Shown: positions 26,835-40,199 of the stretch, piece after piece
Layout: each line of letters starts with the position of its first letter
Numbering within the stretch: the first letter of the stretch is position 1
DNA from: Octopus vulgaris
Taxonomy: Eukaryota
DNA length: 64,000 nt
Direction: 5' to 3'
NCBI GenBank assembly: GCA_951406725.2
Contig: OX597841.1
Coordinates: forward strand, 12,524,001 to 12,588,000
The notes under the pieces: generated by a model
Seen by the model: only the letters and a program-made list of their open reading frames with translations
Databases searched by the model: none
What the model was told of the DNA's origin: nothing
Program-made: the position numbers and the translations under genes

Positions 26835-27577
26835 GATGATGATGATGAATGTTTTTTCCTTCTTTCTTCAAATGTTCTTCTTACCACACAGCCAAGCCTG
26901 CGCCTACCTAAATGAGATTCAATTGAATTAAGTACTTCAATCAAGGCCCTTCGTAGGGTCGCAGTAATATCCACCAACAACAATATTCTGTAAATATCCG
27001 GCTCCGTACAGAAGTAGCGGTCAAAAGCTATTCTCAGCGCTTTTGTAGCGAATCGGATCAGGTTGAGTGATGAAACCCGTTCTTCAGTTCTTCACTCAAG
27101 TATTCAATATTATACGATCAATCACATCGATGAAGGGTGGATTCCGAGACAGGAGAATAAATTATAAATGAATTAATGAATAATAGGCGCAGGAGGGGCT
27201 GTGTGGTAAGTAGCTTGCTTACCAACCACATGGTTCCGGGTTCAGTCCCACTGCGTGGCATCTTGGGCGAGTGTCTTCTGCTATAGCTCCGGGCCGACCA
27301 ATGCCTTGTGAGTGGATTTGGTAGACAGAAACTGAAAGAAGCCTGTCGTGTATATATATATATACTCTCTCTTTTACTCTTTTACTTGTTTCAGTCATTT
27401 GACTGCGGCCATGCTGGAGCACCACCTTTAATCGAGCAACTCGACCCCGGAACTTATTCTTTGTAAGCCCAGTATTTATTCTGTCGGTCTCTTTTGGCGA
27501 ACCGCTAAGTGACGGGGACGTAAACACACCAGCATCGGTTGTCAGGCAATGCTAGGGGGACAAACACAGACACACAA

Positions 27578-27609
<32 letters not shown>

Positions 27610-28045
27610 ATATATACGACGGGCTTCTTTCAGTTTCCGTCTACCAAATCCACTCACAAGGCATTGGTCGGCTCGGGGCTATAGCAGAACACTCTTGCCC
27701 AAGATGCCACGCAGTGGGACTGAACCCGGAACCATGTGGTTGGTAAGCAAGCTACTTACCACACAGCCACTCCTGTGCCTATATATATAAAATATATAAA
27801 TATATATATAAATATATATATATTCTTTTCTTTTATTCTTTTATTTTTTTCAGTCATTTGAGTGCGGCCATGCTGGGCCACCACCTTTAGTCGAGCAAAT
27901 CGTCCCCCTGGACTTATTCTTTGTAAGACTAGTACTTATTCTGTCGGTCTCTCTTACCGAACTGCTAAGTGACGGGGGCGTAAACACATCAGCATCGGTT
28001 GTCAAACGATGCTGGGGAGACAAACACAGACACACAAACATATAC

Positions 28046-28101
<56 letters not shown>

Positions 28102-28104
28102 CGA

Positions 28105-28450
28105 ATTGAACCAGCCAGGATCCCTGGTCTGGTGGTACGTAAAAAGCACTATCCAACTCGTGGCCGATGCCAGCACCGCTTCCACTGGCTTCCGTGCCGG
28201 TGGCACATAAAATACACCAATTGGACCGTGGCCGTTGCCAGCCTCGCCTGGCACCTGTGCAGGTGGCACGTAAAAAGCACCAACTACACTCACGGAGTGG
28301 TTGGCGTTAGGAAGGGCATCCAGCTGTAGAAACATTGCCAGATCAGACTGGAGCCTGGTGCAGCCTTCTGGCTTCCCAGATCCCCGGTCGAACCGTCCAA
28401 CCCATGCTGGCATGGAGAACGGACGTTAAACGATGATGATGATGATGATG
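28105..28450 (+). mobile_element. RTE 3' UTR fragment with (GAT)n tail
   Basis: Reverse complement of 53920-54300 family sequence; ends CCATGCTGGCATGGAGAACGGACGTTAAACGATGATG. Confidence 0.8.
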
Positions 28451-28563
<113 letters not shown>

Positions 28564-28584
28564 ATATATGTATGTATATGTATA

Positions 28585-28618
<34 letters not shown>

Positions 28619-28881
28619 CTCTTTACTCTTTTACTTGTTTCAGTCATTTGACTGCGGCCATGCTGGAGCACCGCCTTTAGTCGAGCAAATCGACCCCGGG
28701 ACTTATTCTTTGTAAGCCCAGTACTTCTATCGGTCTCTTTTGGCGAACCGCTAAGTGACGGGGACGTAAACACACCAGCATCGGTTGTCAAGCAATGCTA
28801 GGGGGACAAACACAGACACACTAACATATACACACACATATATACATATATATATACATACATACGACAGGCTTCTTTCAG

Positions 28882-28914
<33 letters not shown>

Positions 28915-28921
28915 TATACAT

Positions 28922-29007
<86 letters not shown>

Positions 29008-29315
29008 TCCGCGCCAATTTCCTGCTACTTAATGTCCTGGGGTTCTTTCGTTTCGCCACAGTACACTAAGCAGTAACTTTTTCTTTTATTACACAATATT
29101 AATAGGGAGATGTAAGGGAAGTAACTCTGCAAATTTACTTCTTAGTTATTTCCCTTTAACCAAATTTCAACTCATGCACACACACACACACACTCAGATA
29201 ACCATTTGATGGCCTCTGGTGTTCCAAAGATTAATATTCGATGTACCTAAACCGACGAGAAAAATCAGCCTTGTAAGTGGATTTGGTAGACGGAAACTGA
29301 AAGAAGCCTGTCGTA

Positions 29316-29386
<71 letters not shown>

Positions 29387-29847
29387 CTGTGTTTGTCCCC
29401 TAGCATTGCTTGACAACCAATGCTGGTGTGTTTACGTCCCCGTCACTTAGTGGTTCGCCAAAAGAGACCGATAGAATAAGTACTGGGCTTACAAAGAATA
29501 AGTCCCGGGGTCGATTTGTTCGACTGAAGGCGGTGCTCCAGCATGGCCGCAGTCAAATTACTGAAACAAGTAAAAGAGTAAAAGAGTATATATACATACA
29601 CATACAAAGGCGGCGAGCTGGCAGAGACGTTAGCACGTCAGGCGAAATGCTTAGCGGTATTTCGTCTGCCGTTACGTTGTGAGTTCAAATTCCACCGAGG
29701 TCGACTTTGCCTTTCATCCTTTCGGGGTCGATGAATTAAGCACCAGTTACGCACTGGAGTCGATGTAATCGACTTAATACCTTTGTCTGTCCTTGTTTGT
29801 CCCCTCTATGTTTTGCCCCTTGTGGGTAGTAAAGAAATATATATATG

Positions 29848-29902
<55 letters not shown>

Positions 29903-30254
29903 GGGGGGTAGAGAATATATTGAAATTCCTGCTAAAAATTCCCCAACAAATGTTAACGGAATGTTATTAAGACAATCCAAAATTAGTTAAATTCCAATTG
30001 AACGAGAGACGAGTGAAAAGCGTGTAAATATAATCATATGATTCCACCGTATAGAAGTGTGGGTTCGATTCACACTCATGCCAGCACCCATTTTTTACCC
30101 AGCACACCCCACCCCCTTTTTACAACCACTACTTCACCACGCATTCTATTCTCTCCCTTTCTACCTCTATCTCCTTTTCAACCAAACCCACTTACATCTG
30201 CCTTCGCGACAAATCCTTCCACCATTCCCTCCCTCCACCCCTCTCTATCCCCCT

Positions 30255-31224
30255 GTATCGAAAGTAATGACAGCCTTTGAGAAAGAGGGAAAAACCTCCT
30301 TGTCGAAACAAAACTCCGGACAAAAACTAAAACTTTCAGATTGGGACCGTCGGACTCTTCGCGGATTGTTAGAAAGGATCACAAAAGTACAGCTCCCAAG
30401 ATTACTGCAGAGTTTAATGACCACCTCGGGAACCTAGTTTCCACAAAAACTGTTCGCCGGGAGGTGTACAAAGCCGGATTTCACGGGAGGGCTGCAATCA
30501 GAAAACCTCTACTTTCAAAAACAACCATTGCCAAGTGTTTAGAGTGGAGTAAAAACCCACAGAATTGGTCCCTAGAGAAGTGGAAGAATGTTATTTTCTC
30601 AGGCAAGTCATCATTTACCTTGTTTCCGACCACCGGCCGAGTATACGTGTGGAGACAGCCAAAACATGCATTTGACCGAGACTGCCTTCTTCCAACTGTT
30701 AAACTTGGAGGAGGATCTGTGATGATCTGGAGTGGGGGCTATACCTTGGAAATCCGCCGGCCCATTGGATTCCCTTCATGGCAGAATTAACAGTCAAGAC
30801 TATTTAAGCATTTTATCTGATCAAATTCATCCTATGGATGCGGAACTGTCTCCGGAGGGAAACACAATCTTTCAGGATGATAATGCACCAATTCACACCG
30901 CTAAATTTGTTACTGAATGGTACAAGGACCACTCTAGTGAAGTTGAACATCTTATCTGGCCACCACAGTCCCCAGATCTCAAAATTATTGAACATTTATG
31001 GTGCATATTAGAAAAACAAGTAAGGAGTCCATATCGTCCACCATCATCACTACAAGAACTGGAGACTGTTTTAGCTGAAGAATGGACAAAAATTCTCTTT
31101 GGAAACAATTCAAACTTTGTACGAGAATTCAAGCTATAATTACTGCCAAAGGCAGTCCTACCCCTATTATAATAAAATTGTTTGAAATTTTAAGGTGTTT
31201 CTATTATTTTGTCCACTCCCTGTA
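30255..31224 (+). mobile_element. Degenerate Tc1 transposon
   Basis: Frameshifted ORFs 30341-30790 (GFHGRAAIRKPLL...WKNVIFS...TVKLGGGSVMIW) and 30732-31139 (FQDDNAPIH...WPPQSPDLKIIEHLW); TIR-like end TTTTGTCCACTCCCTGTA. Confidence 0.9.
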
Positions 31225-31280
31225 TTTATGCATGTATGTATGTATGTATATATGTATGTATGTATGTATGTATAAGGATT

Positions 31281-31319
<39 letters not shown>

Positions 31320-31656
31320 GCATATAAACATAAATCTTTAGTTAAATATATTCAATGAGACTATTATATACTGAATTTATATTGAGTGTTCAATTGTATC
31401 AAAGTTTTAATACTATCAAAGTATTTATATATTTAATCCGAGTGATTATATACATATATATTTTTAAATAATATATTATTATTGATATTAGGAAATCAAT
31501 ATCAAAATTCCTCAGAAAGATATACACGTGTGAAAAATGATTGTTGTATTAAAAATATCATCGTTATATTTTTTATCTTATATTTAATCTTTCTATCATA
31601 TGTAATTTTCTAGATGGTGTAATTTAATTTTCATTTTGAATTGATAAAAGGTGGGT

Positions 31657-31687
<31 letters not shown>

Positions 31688-31791
31688 TGAGGGAGATAAA
31701 TTAATATTAATTTTAATATCAATTTAAAACCAGTAGTCTAGCATACAAAAAATCTGAGAAGTCAGAGAAAATTCTAATATATGTGTATATT

Positions 31792-32254
31792 GGCAGGGCT
31801 GGACTGCTAGGTAGTCGGCCAAATGCTAGAAACAGATCATCAACGATCAAACTACAAAGGAAATTCTCTAGAGGAAAAATTCAGCGAACACCAGAACCAA
31901 ATTTGGCGGGCAGGACAGATGAAAAATTTATATAAAAAAAACCAGAATTAAATGCATACCTCGGTTTCGGCCTTTAACAAAAGAATTACTTACATAATTC
32001 AAATGTCCGTGACTTCATCAGTGCATTCGTTCCGTGTGAATGCAAACTGAAAAACTAACCCCAGCTTTCTGTGCCAAGACAGACACGTGCTTAGTTTTAC
32101 CGATTACATTAGGGATAAAATTTCAAATGTCTTGGTTCGCCAAATTTGGTTCTGGTGTTCACTGAATTTTTCCTCTAGAGAATTTCCTTTGTAGTTTGAT
32201 CGTTGATGATCTGTTTCTAGCATTCGGCCGACTACCCAGCAGTCCAGCCCTGCC
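31792..32254. mobile_element. Element with 117-bp inverted arms (31792-31908 / 32138-32254) enclosing a hammerhead motif; Penelope-like
   Basis: GGCAGGGCTGGACTGCT...CCAAATTTGGCG and its near-exact reverse complement. Confidence 0.8.
31951..32027 (-). ncRNA. Type I hammerhead ribozyme motif
   Basis: Minus strand AATGCA-CTGATGA-AGTC..(loop)..GGCC-GAAA-CCGAGG-TA-TGCATT: 6-bp stem I, conserved core, minimal stem III, GUA triplet; stem II imperfect. Confidence 0.72.
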
Positions 32255-32415
32255 TATATATATATATATATATATATGATATATGATCTCACTACCCATA
32301 TAAGTTAATAAGTTAATAAGGTAATAAGTATTCTGGAACGGTGCCCAAGAAACGGACAAATTGAGAAACAGACAGACAGACAAACAGACAAGTTATGGTC
32401 TTCATTAAAACATCT

Positions 32416-32421
32416 TTTATT
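32416..32421 (-). terminator. Candidate polyadenylation signal of the EGF-domain gene
   Basis: AATAAA on the minus strand ~330 nt after the stop codon. Confidence 0.45.
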
Positions 32422-32751
32422 TAATTGATAACGTGTGAAAATATACAAAAACACTTCATATATTAAGATGTACGTGTGTGCGCATGTGTGTATGGTTGTC
32501 TGATGTAAGGTGGGACATCAGCGACTAACAGACAAGCAGAGAGACGAACTAGTAATAAAGTTTATGTCTGAAATCTGGAGAGGAGCTGAGATGACCCGGT
32601 GAGGAGGTCATGTGGAAAGGAGAAGACTACCCAGGAATAATGTCATGGTGTGATTATATGTTTGAGAGGGTTTTGACTATGTGTATCTAGGAGTATATTT
32701 TTGAATGCTTACTATAACAGTAATTGTGGCAGTAGTTGTTGTTGTTGATGT

Positions 32752-32981
32752 TTAGCCTTTGTTTTCTTCTTTCGATTGTTTCCGTAGCGATGGCGAAAAC
32801 TTTGGTATGACTTCTATGTTTCCTAGCTGATTGTTTTTCTTTAATCCTCTGTACATCCAGTAGCACCAGTTTCCATGAATTCGAAACCCATAGGGGCAAG
32901 TGCAGTAGTAGGATCCATATGTGTTAACACACCTGTAAGGATGAGGACAGTAATGGATTCCGCACTCGCATTCATTAATGT
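32752..32981 (-). CDS. Exon 3 (terminal) of a 165-aa secreted protein: calcium-binding EGF domain plus basic tail
   Basis: Acceptor TTTTTATTTTCAG|AC (phase 1); translates DINECECGIHYCPHPYRCVNTYGSYYCTCPYGFRIHGNWCYWMYRGLKKNNQLGNIEVIPKFSPSLRKQSKEENKG*; D-I-N-E-C and C-V-N-T-Y-G-S-Y-Y-C fit the EGF_CA consensus. Confidence 0.9.
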
Positions 32982-33093
32982 CTGAAAATAAAAATAGGTA
33001 AAAATATGTGAGTAAAACTATTAAAAAAATTGGAAATATTAAAAGAAAAAACCCATAGCCCTTTCCGTAAAGGGTTCAAATAAAAGCCTAGGG

Positions 33094-33294
33094 CAGTGGT
33101 TTTCAACCAGGGTTCCACCAGTACAGTCCAGGGGTTCCGCAAGAAGTTACAAAAATGCTAAAATCGACAGTAATTTTTAATTCTCCTGAGCAGATATGTG
33201 TGCATAAGACTATTAAATTATTGCACAGGGGTTCCTCGAGCCAGTGGAATGTTTTCTTGGGGTTCTGCTCCAGTAAAAAGGTTGAAAAGCACTG
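33094..33294. mobile_element. hAT-superfamily MITE (201 bp) with perfect 8-bp TSD
   Basis: TIRs CAGTGGTTTTCAACC / GGTTGAAAAGCACTG; TSD GCCTAGGG at 33086-33093 and 33295-33302. Confidence 0.92.
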
Positions 33295-33426
33295 GCCTAG
33301 GGAGTATCTGAGGTGAAAGCTGTTGGTTGGCCTCAGGTCAGTTTTTGCACAACCGGCCAAAGTTTTCTATCATGAACTCCTGATGAAACACATATTCATG
33401 AATACACCACTACCATAAACAAAGAA

Positions 33427-33475
<49 letters not shown>

Positions 33476-34581
33476 TATATGTATACCATCATCACCATCT
33501 TCATTATCATCATCGTCATCATCATCATTATCGTCATCATCATTATCATCATCACCACTACCATTCTCAATATCATTTAACGACCGTCACTGAACAATTG
33601 ACCGATTTGTTGAGATAACTGGTGCATCTTGGAGCTGCTTCCAACGAGTTTTCAGCGACGAATATCGATGAAAAAAGTTGCCACCAAGATTTGTGCCTTC
33701 CTTGCTCAGGGAAGTTCAAAGCAGTCCTGACTGAAAGGACAGTTGTAAATTGATCCGGACCTCTTTTTCAAAGGTCATCACTGGTGAAGAAAGCTGATGC
33801 TACGGAATGTGGAAGAGGTGAGAAAAACAAAAACACGACTGCTAAGAATAGTGGAAAACAACTCCTTGACTCGTGTTTTGCTTCAAATGGAGAATACTTT
33901 GAAACTGCAAACATATAAAACTAAGTGAAGATAATATTTTGCACAATTCCGGCTTCTTTGGGTTCCCCTTGTATGTAAATATGCAAAACAATAGGGAGCA
34001 AAAACTGGAACCCTTAAAATGATGGCTTTTTTAAAAGTATAAATATATAGAGATTTACATTAAAAGGTCCAACTTATACAGAATACAAGCAACAGGGAAA
34101 ATTAAAGGGGTGGGAGAAGGGCATTATAAGTCCAACAGCTGTTTCTAGGGGTTCAGAAATCCATAATAATGTTGGCTGGATCACCGATTCCCCAGAAACG
34201 GTTGTTTGTCTCATGACACCTTTAACTTTCTCTGTCCTTTTCATTCTCCGGATGTTGCATCTGTTAATAGAAATATCCAGAGATTTAGGCATCAAACTTG
34301 GTAACCTGAAACTTTCCACCTTTTGCTTTCTCCCGTTTTGCATTTATCATCATCATCATCATCATCGTTTAACGTCCACTTTACATGCTAGCATGGGTTG
34401 GACGATTTTGACCGAGGACTGGCGAACCAGATGGCTGCACCAGGCTCCAGTCTTGATCTGGCAGAGTTTCTACAGCTGGATGCCCTTCCTAATGCCAACC
34501 ACTCCGACAGTGTATTGGGTGCTTTTTACATGCCACCGGCAAGGAGGCCAGTCAGGCGGCACTCATATATATGTATATAAG

Positions 34582-34622
<41 letters not shown>

Positions 34623-34860
34623 CCCATGCTAGCATGGAAAGCGGACATTAAATGATGATGATGATGATGATATATATATATATATATACCATTATAATAT
34701 ATCATTATAAGATTGTAAATAAAACGTGAAAATCAGACAAGGTTAGAATTCTTTTTATTAATATATTCTTCTATACACAATCACACACACCCATATATAT
34801 ATATATATATATATACATACATATATATATATATATATATACATACATATATATATACGA

Positions 34861-34901
<41 letters not shown>

Positions 34902-35426
34902 TACGAAAAAACCCTCCAGCCTACATCCCGAAAATTCATTTCTTTGCCGAATTTCTACAATGTTTACGGCTATTCGTTTTTATATATCTTGATTTTTTTT
35001 TATTTTTCATGCAATTTACGCATGCTTGCACGCCTGGTGAACACAGTTCACGTCAAACAGCTGACTGAGTAAAGTACACTATTCAATGCATGGGATAAGG
35101 CCTAAACAAACACATTATCGATTTTTGCACTTGCGAGATGAATTTCGGAACAGAAAAAGCGCAGTTCAATTTTCATTCGCCTAAACTTTAAGTGACCCAT
35201 TTTTGGTGGTTCTACGATTTGTTGGCTAGGAGGAGATGTGCCGGGAAGTTAAACACACAGACACACAAGTTGAGTTTTATATATATAGATTTTTTATTTA
35301 TAATTTGGTTTATATCTATCATTGTTTGAATTACATAATAGTCGTTTTTCTCTAATTTATATATATTATATACATGTATATATATATATATGTACGTATG
35401 TATGTATATACATATATATATGTATG

Positions 35427-35670
<244 letters not shown>

Positions 35671-36049
35671 AGTGGAGTAAAGTATAGTGAAATGACAAAC
35701 TTACCATGGCAGTGATTTCCATGTTCGTAGAAACCGTGAGGACAGAAGCAGAAGTATGATCCGGGTGTGTTGACACAATGATGTTGACAGGGTCTTCTTA
35801 GACATTCGTTTATATCTATTTAATAAAACAAATTTTAAAAAATACATTTTTGATTTCGGTAGAAAGAGAGAAATGTTAAGGAGAGGAATTTAATCAATGA
35901 TTTTATTGACCCCCGTAAAGATGAAGATTAGAATTCACCTTGGCGGATTTTGAAATCAGAATCGAAACAAATAAATATTCGATGAAAAACTGCAAAGCAG
36001 CTTCTTTCCCGACGCTCCACTGATTATGTCATCTCTCAGCAAAGGACTG

Positions 36050-36910
36050 ATAATGTCTGCTCAAAGCCAGTCACTGCGGACGAATATCGTTCAGGTAAAA
36101 ATAGACCAAACCGCAGGAAACGCAAAGTGTAGACTTCTATAACAGGAAAGTGGAATCCGTTATGAATATAATAATAATTTCCTTTATTCTTTTGGCACAG
36201 AAGAAACATATGCAGAGGCGTGACTGTGTGGCCAAAGCAGTACACTCGGACATGGAGAAGAGGAATAAACAGCTGAAGGTTCGGACACGAACCAAAGCGT
36301 GTAATAGAGAGCAACCAGTGCAAGGGTCTATGGGATTTTTATCGAGAGACAGATCGTGAAATTTCTGGTCAAGGAGAATAACAGAGGGCATCATCATAGA
36401 TGTGGCTATATCTGCAGACATGAATGTAGCAGTGAAAGAAGAGGAATAAATTGAAAAATAGGAGGATTTGGTGACCACTGTCCCAATCGATATAAACGTA
36501 TCTGTGAAGACCTACCAAAAACTGAGCAAGTATAAAGATCTTGAAATAGAAATTGGCAAAATGTGGAACCTCAAGACTATGACCTGTTGTCATAGGTGCC
36601 CTGGGAATGATAGCAAAATGGGCTGATTGCTACCTAACAGGAAACCCAAAAATGGCAGAAATTCAAAAGATAGTGCTCAGGGGAACTGCCCATATCCTAC
36701 GTAAAATACTGTCTATATAATGTCAAATTTTAAAACAAACACAATTTTCTCGTGGTTTGTTAAACATTCTCTAGAACAACAATATGTACAAAACCAAATA
36801 TATGGCCCCTTAGGAATAACACCAACACGAACTTCCAACTTGTTGTCTCTTGAGGTCTCTGGGTGAGACTAGGAGCCAACTTGTACAAATACAAAGCAAA
36901 TGTCTGACAT
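36050..36910 (+). mobile_element. Two adjoining RLE-LINE 3' fragments (old 36050-36475; R4/Dong-like 36476-36910) in intron 2 of the EGF gene
   Basis: LAQKKHMQRRDCVAKAVH (RHD motif remnant); 36476-36910 matches 51020-51480. Confidence 0.8.
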
Positions 36911-37448
36911 TGTGAAAACTGAATTTTGTATATAGACATAGTGGACAAACTGTATTACTGTTGTTGTTGTTGTTGGTGGTGCTGTCATGCCCCAGTCTCT
37001 ACATCCTCAAAACTTATCCCGTTTCATCATTCTCCAGCTGACCCCAAATCTTCCGACCTCCCCCCCCTGTCTTATTTATTTCTCTTTATTTAAAATATTC
37101 ACCCCCTCCTCCTATTCCCCATTTCTTCCTCTTCCGTACACTATAGTAACCCCGACCCACAAACCTCTTACCACTCAGCCGTCCATTGTGTGCGTGTCTA
37201 TCGAGATATATCAAATCCAATACGGAATAAACGAGAGATCGATGTCTACATATAATATCACAAACGTATTAAATCCATGTTCTTACCTATACATCTCTTA
37301 GTTCTCGAATCGTACCGGTATCCTTTACAACATTTTCGACAGTTACGATAAACTCGTTTGTAAGCTATCCTGCAAAGTGAAAGAATGAGAGTTAAAAGGA
37401 ATTTATGAGAAGAGTGGCTACAGCTACAGAGCTGCATACATACATACC

Positions 37449-37490
<42 letters not shown>

Positions 37491-37808
37491 TAAATTAGAG
37501 ATAAAACCACTATTAGGCAAATCAAACAGTGAAAATCATTAGCCAATACATCGAAATAAAATTAATTAAAAAAATATAAAATATAAATATAAAAAATATA
37601 AAATTCCAAATTAAAATATTTAAATTAAAGTTAAAATTTAAAATTATTTAAATTTAAACTTATAAAAAGGGGTTACAAAATGGTGGAAGGGGACAAAACT
37701 GCCATTCGTTTGGGTTTTACATTATTGTGAATACCTTTGTACCATTCTTGCAAACATTTACTCTGTTTTGTTAGTAGTAAGAACTAAAAGAAGTGGCTTC
37801 GTATTTAC

Positions 37809-37870
37809 CTGCACCGTTTTTACAGGTTCTATAGGTTACTATTTTGGAGCATTTGTAATAACACCATCCG
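37809..37870 (-). CDS. Exon 2 of the secreted EGF-domain protein (62 nt, three Cys)
   Basis: Acceptor TTTTTCTTTACAG|C and donor GCAG|GTAAAT; phases 2 and 1 fit both neighbours; (S)GWCYYKCSKIVTYRTCKNGA. Confidence 0.82.
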
Positions 37871-37994
37871 CTGTAAAGAAAAATGGGACATGAGATATAT
37901 AAAAATTAGATAGATAGATTGATAGACAGACAGACAGATAGAGAGGGAGATAGATAGATAGATAGATGGACGGACGGATGATATATATATATAT

Positions 37995-38290
37995 ATATAA
38001 TATTAATTAGAGACAAAACCACTATTTTGCAAATCAAACAAGGAAAGACTTAATCAATACATAAAAAAATTTTAATATAAAGTAAATATTTATTTATTTA
38101 TTTATTTTATTTATTTACTTTATATTAAAATTTTTTTATGTATTGATTAAGTCTTTCCTTGTTTGATTTGCAAAATAGTGGTTTTGTCTCTAATTAATAT
38201 TATATAATATTTTACTATAAAATTGGATTTAATCCTAAATCTGATTTTTCCCTGTAAATTTGGATTTATTCCCTAATATTTATTATTATA
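37995..38290. repeat. Penelope-like fragment with ~90-bp perfect inverted arms (37995-38088 / 38112-38206) in intron 1
   Basis: Directly visible reverse-complement arms; homologous to 15540-15700. Confidence 0.8.
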
Positions 38291-39029
38291 TATATATATA
38301 TATGTACATATATATGTAGTTGTTGTTGTAGTAGTAGTAGTAGTAATAATCATGAAGATTGTTGATTGAATCGGGTACTTAAAATAAAGATATGCACCAG
38401 GTAGTGTTGAATAAACCTGTGGTCACCACCTATGGTCGATTAAATATACAACAGGATATTCCACTTGTGCACAAACAGAAAACCGTTGCTATGTAGGTTT
38501 AGCACCCAGGGGCTGGTTCAAATCGCACGTTGCGATGATCATAGGCTGTTGGTACACATCAGGGTTTCCGATGTATCATAAACCTCTATGGTGTATTATA
38601 ATCAAATGAATGGTAACAGACAACGGATAACTGTCAGCTCTTTACAGCTGTTTCTAACACACTTTTTTAAATAGAAGAATTAATGAATTAATCATTGCAA
38701 AAACCGTAATCATCAAATGAAACATAATTTCAAAACAATCTTTCTTCTTGTATTTCAAAAATGGGTAAGAAACACCTGTAATTAGCTGACTTTTATCCAT
38801 CACCTGTCATTATTCATTTCTTTGTGTGTATAAACACAGACAGACAGACAGAACTGGCGTGTCTTGAAGGAACTTTAAAATGGTCAGACCCTTCTGAGTG
38901 CAGGAGCCATCATGGCCACATCAGCACCAGAAACTTGGAACAGATGCTCGATAAGAGGCTAAGCACAATTCCAGGTACCTATGGAGTGGGGGAACAATGG
39001 TAATATGCGTTGGATGTAACAATACTTAC

Positions 39030-39235
39030 CTAGGCCACTGGAATGGTATGTGCTTTGCTGCAGTACTTTCATCTCCTTTCACTTCTGTCCCATTAACTGT
39101 CCCATTAACTATTATTACCTTGGCTTCATCATGATCAACAGGCGTCCACTCTGTCTTTGTTGTAACATTATCTGATGCGACTGTTGTCACCCACAGACAC
39201 AAAACGAAAGTTGTTAAGAGCACAAGATTCTTCAT
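39030..39235 (-). CDS. Exon 1 of the secreted EGF-domain protein (signal peptide and spacer/pro-region)
   Basis: MKNLVLLTTFVLCLWVTTVA-SD classic signal peptide; three N-x-T sequons; ends at consensus donor CCTAG|GTAAGT. Confidence 0.87.
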
Positions 39236-39454
39236 GGCTGTTGTTTCTTTCGTTTAGTTTTCAGTGCTCCCCCTGATTACTGACACACAAACGGCTTGGG
39301 AAAAATGCCTAAGTCTTCGTGTTGGATTTGTCTTCTGGTGGTTCCTCTAACACTCAAAAGTTTTCAACAATTGTAGCAGTAGTGGCAGCAGTAGCAGCAG
39401 TCTTGTTGCACCAACGGCCACAGGTCATGTTACAACTGTCCACAAAAGCAGTCT

Positions 39455-39462
39455 TATTTATA
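39455..39462 (-). promoter_or_regulatory. Candidate TATA box of the EGF-domain gene
   Basis: TATAAATA on the minus strand ~220 nt upstream of the ATG, with Inr-like ACAGTT ~25 nt downstream. Confidence 0.45.
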
Positions 39463-39684
39463 ATAAAACAGCAACATTCTCCCCCGTAATTTGATTGGTT
39501 GAAATCAAGTTTTGTTGTCCTGCAACCCGGACCTTGAAGACAAAAGCAACTGTGCACATTACCTCTTCCACCTCCAAACAATGTTTTGACCAATTATCAA
39601 ACATGGGAATTAGACATCTTTTCAAAAACTCAACCAACAAGATCGAACTGAGATGGCATTCTCACACACGTTTTAGCACGTGAA

Positions 39685-39718
<34 letters not shown>

Positions 39719-39768
39719 CTTATGTTTATGCATAGCTGCATGTCAGTATGAATGTATGCATGCATATA

Positions 39769-39828
<60 letters not shown>

Positions 39829-39968
39829 GTTAACCACACACATATACATACACATAATTGCACGTATGTGTGTGTGTGTAGACACGTGCTTTCAACTTCC
39901 AGTTTCTTAACTTTATTAACAATGTTTCTATAAGGTGTAAAGAAAAACTTACAAACACACACACACGC

Positions 39969-40026
<58 letters not shown>

Positions 40027-40199
40027 GTGTGTGTATGTTTCTGTTTCTCAACACCCACCCACCCACCGCGTGATAACCAGTGTTGGCGTGTTTACATCTT
40101 CGTAACGTACCGGTTCAACAAAAGATAATTATCATCATCATCATCATCATAATCATCATCGTCATCATCGTCATCATCGTCATCTCTTTATCACAAGTT

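Noticed and set aside
32687-32899. 70-aa minus-strand ORF in the track
   Set aside because: Wrong frame; the overlapping frame encodes the EGF exon
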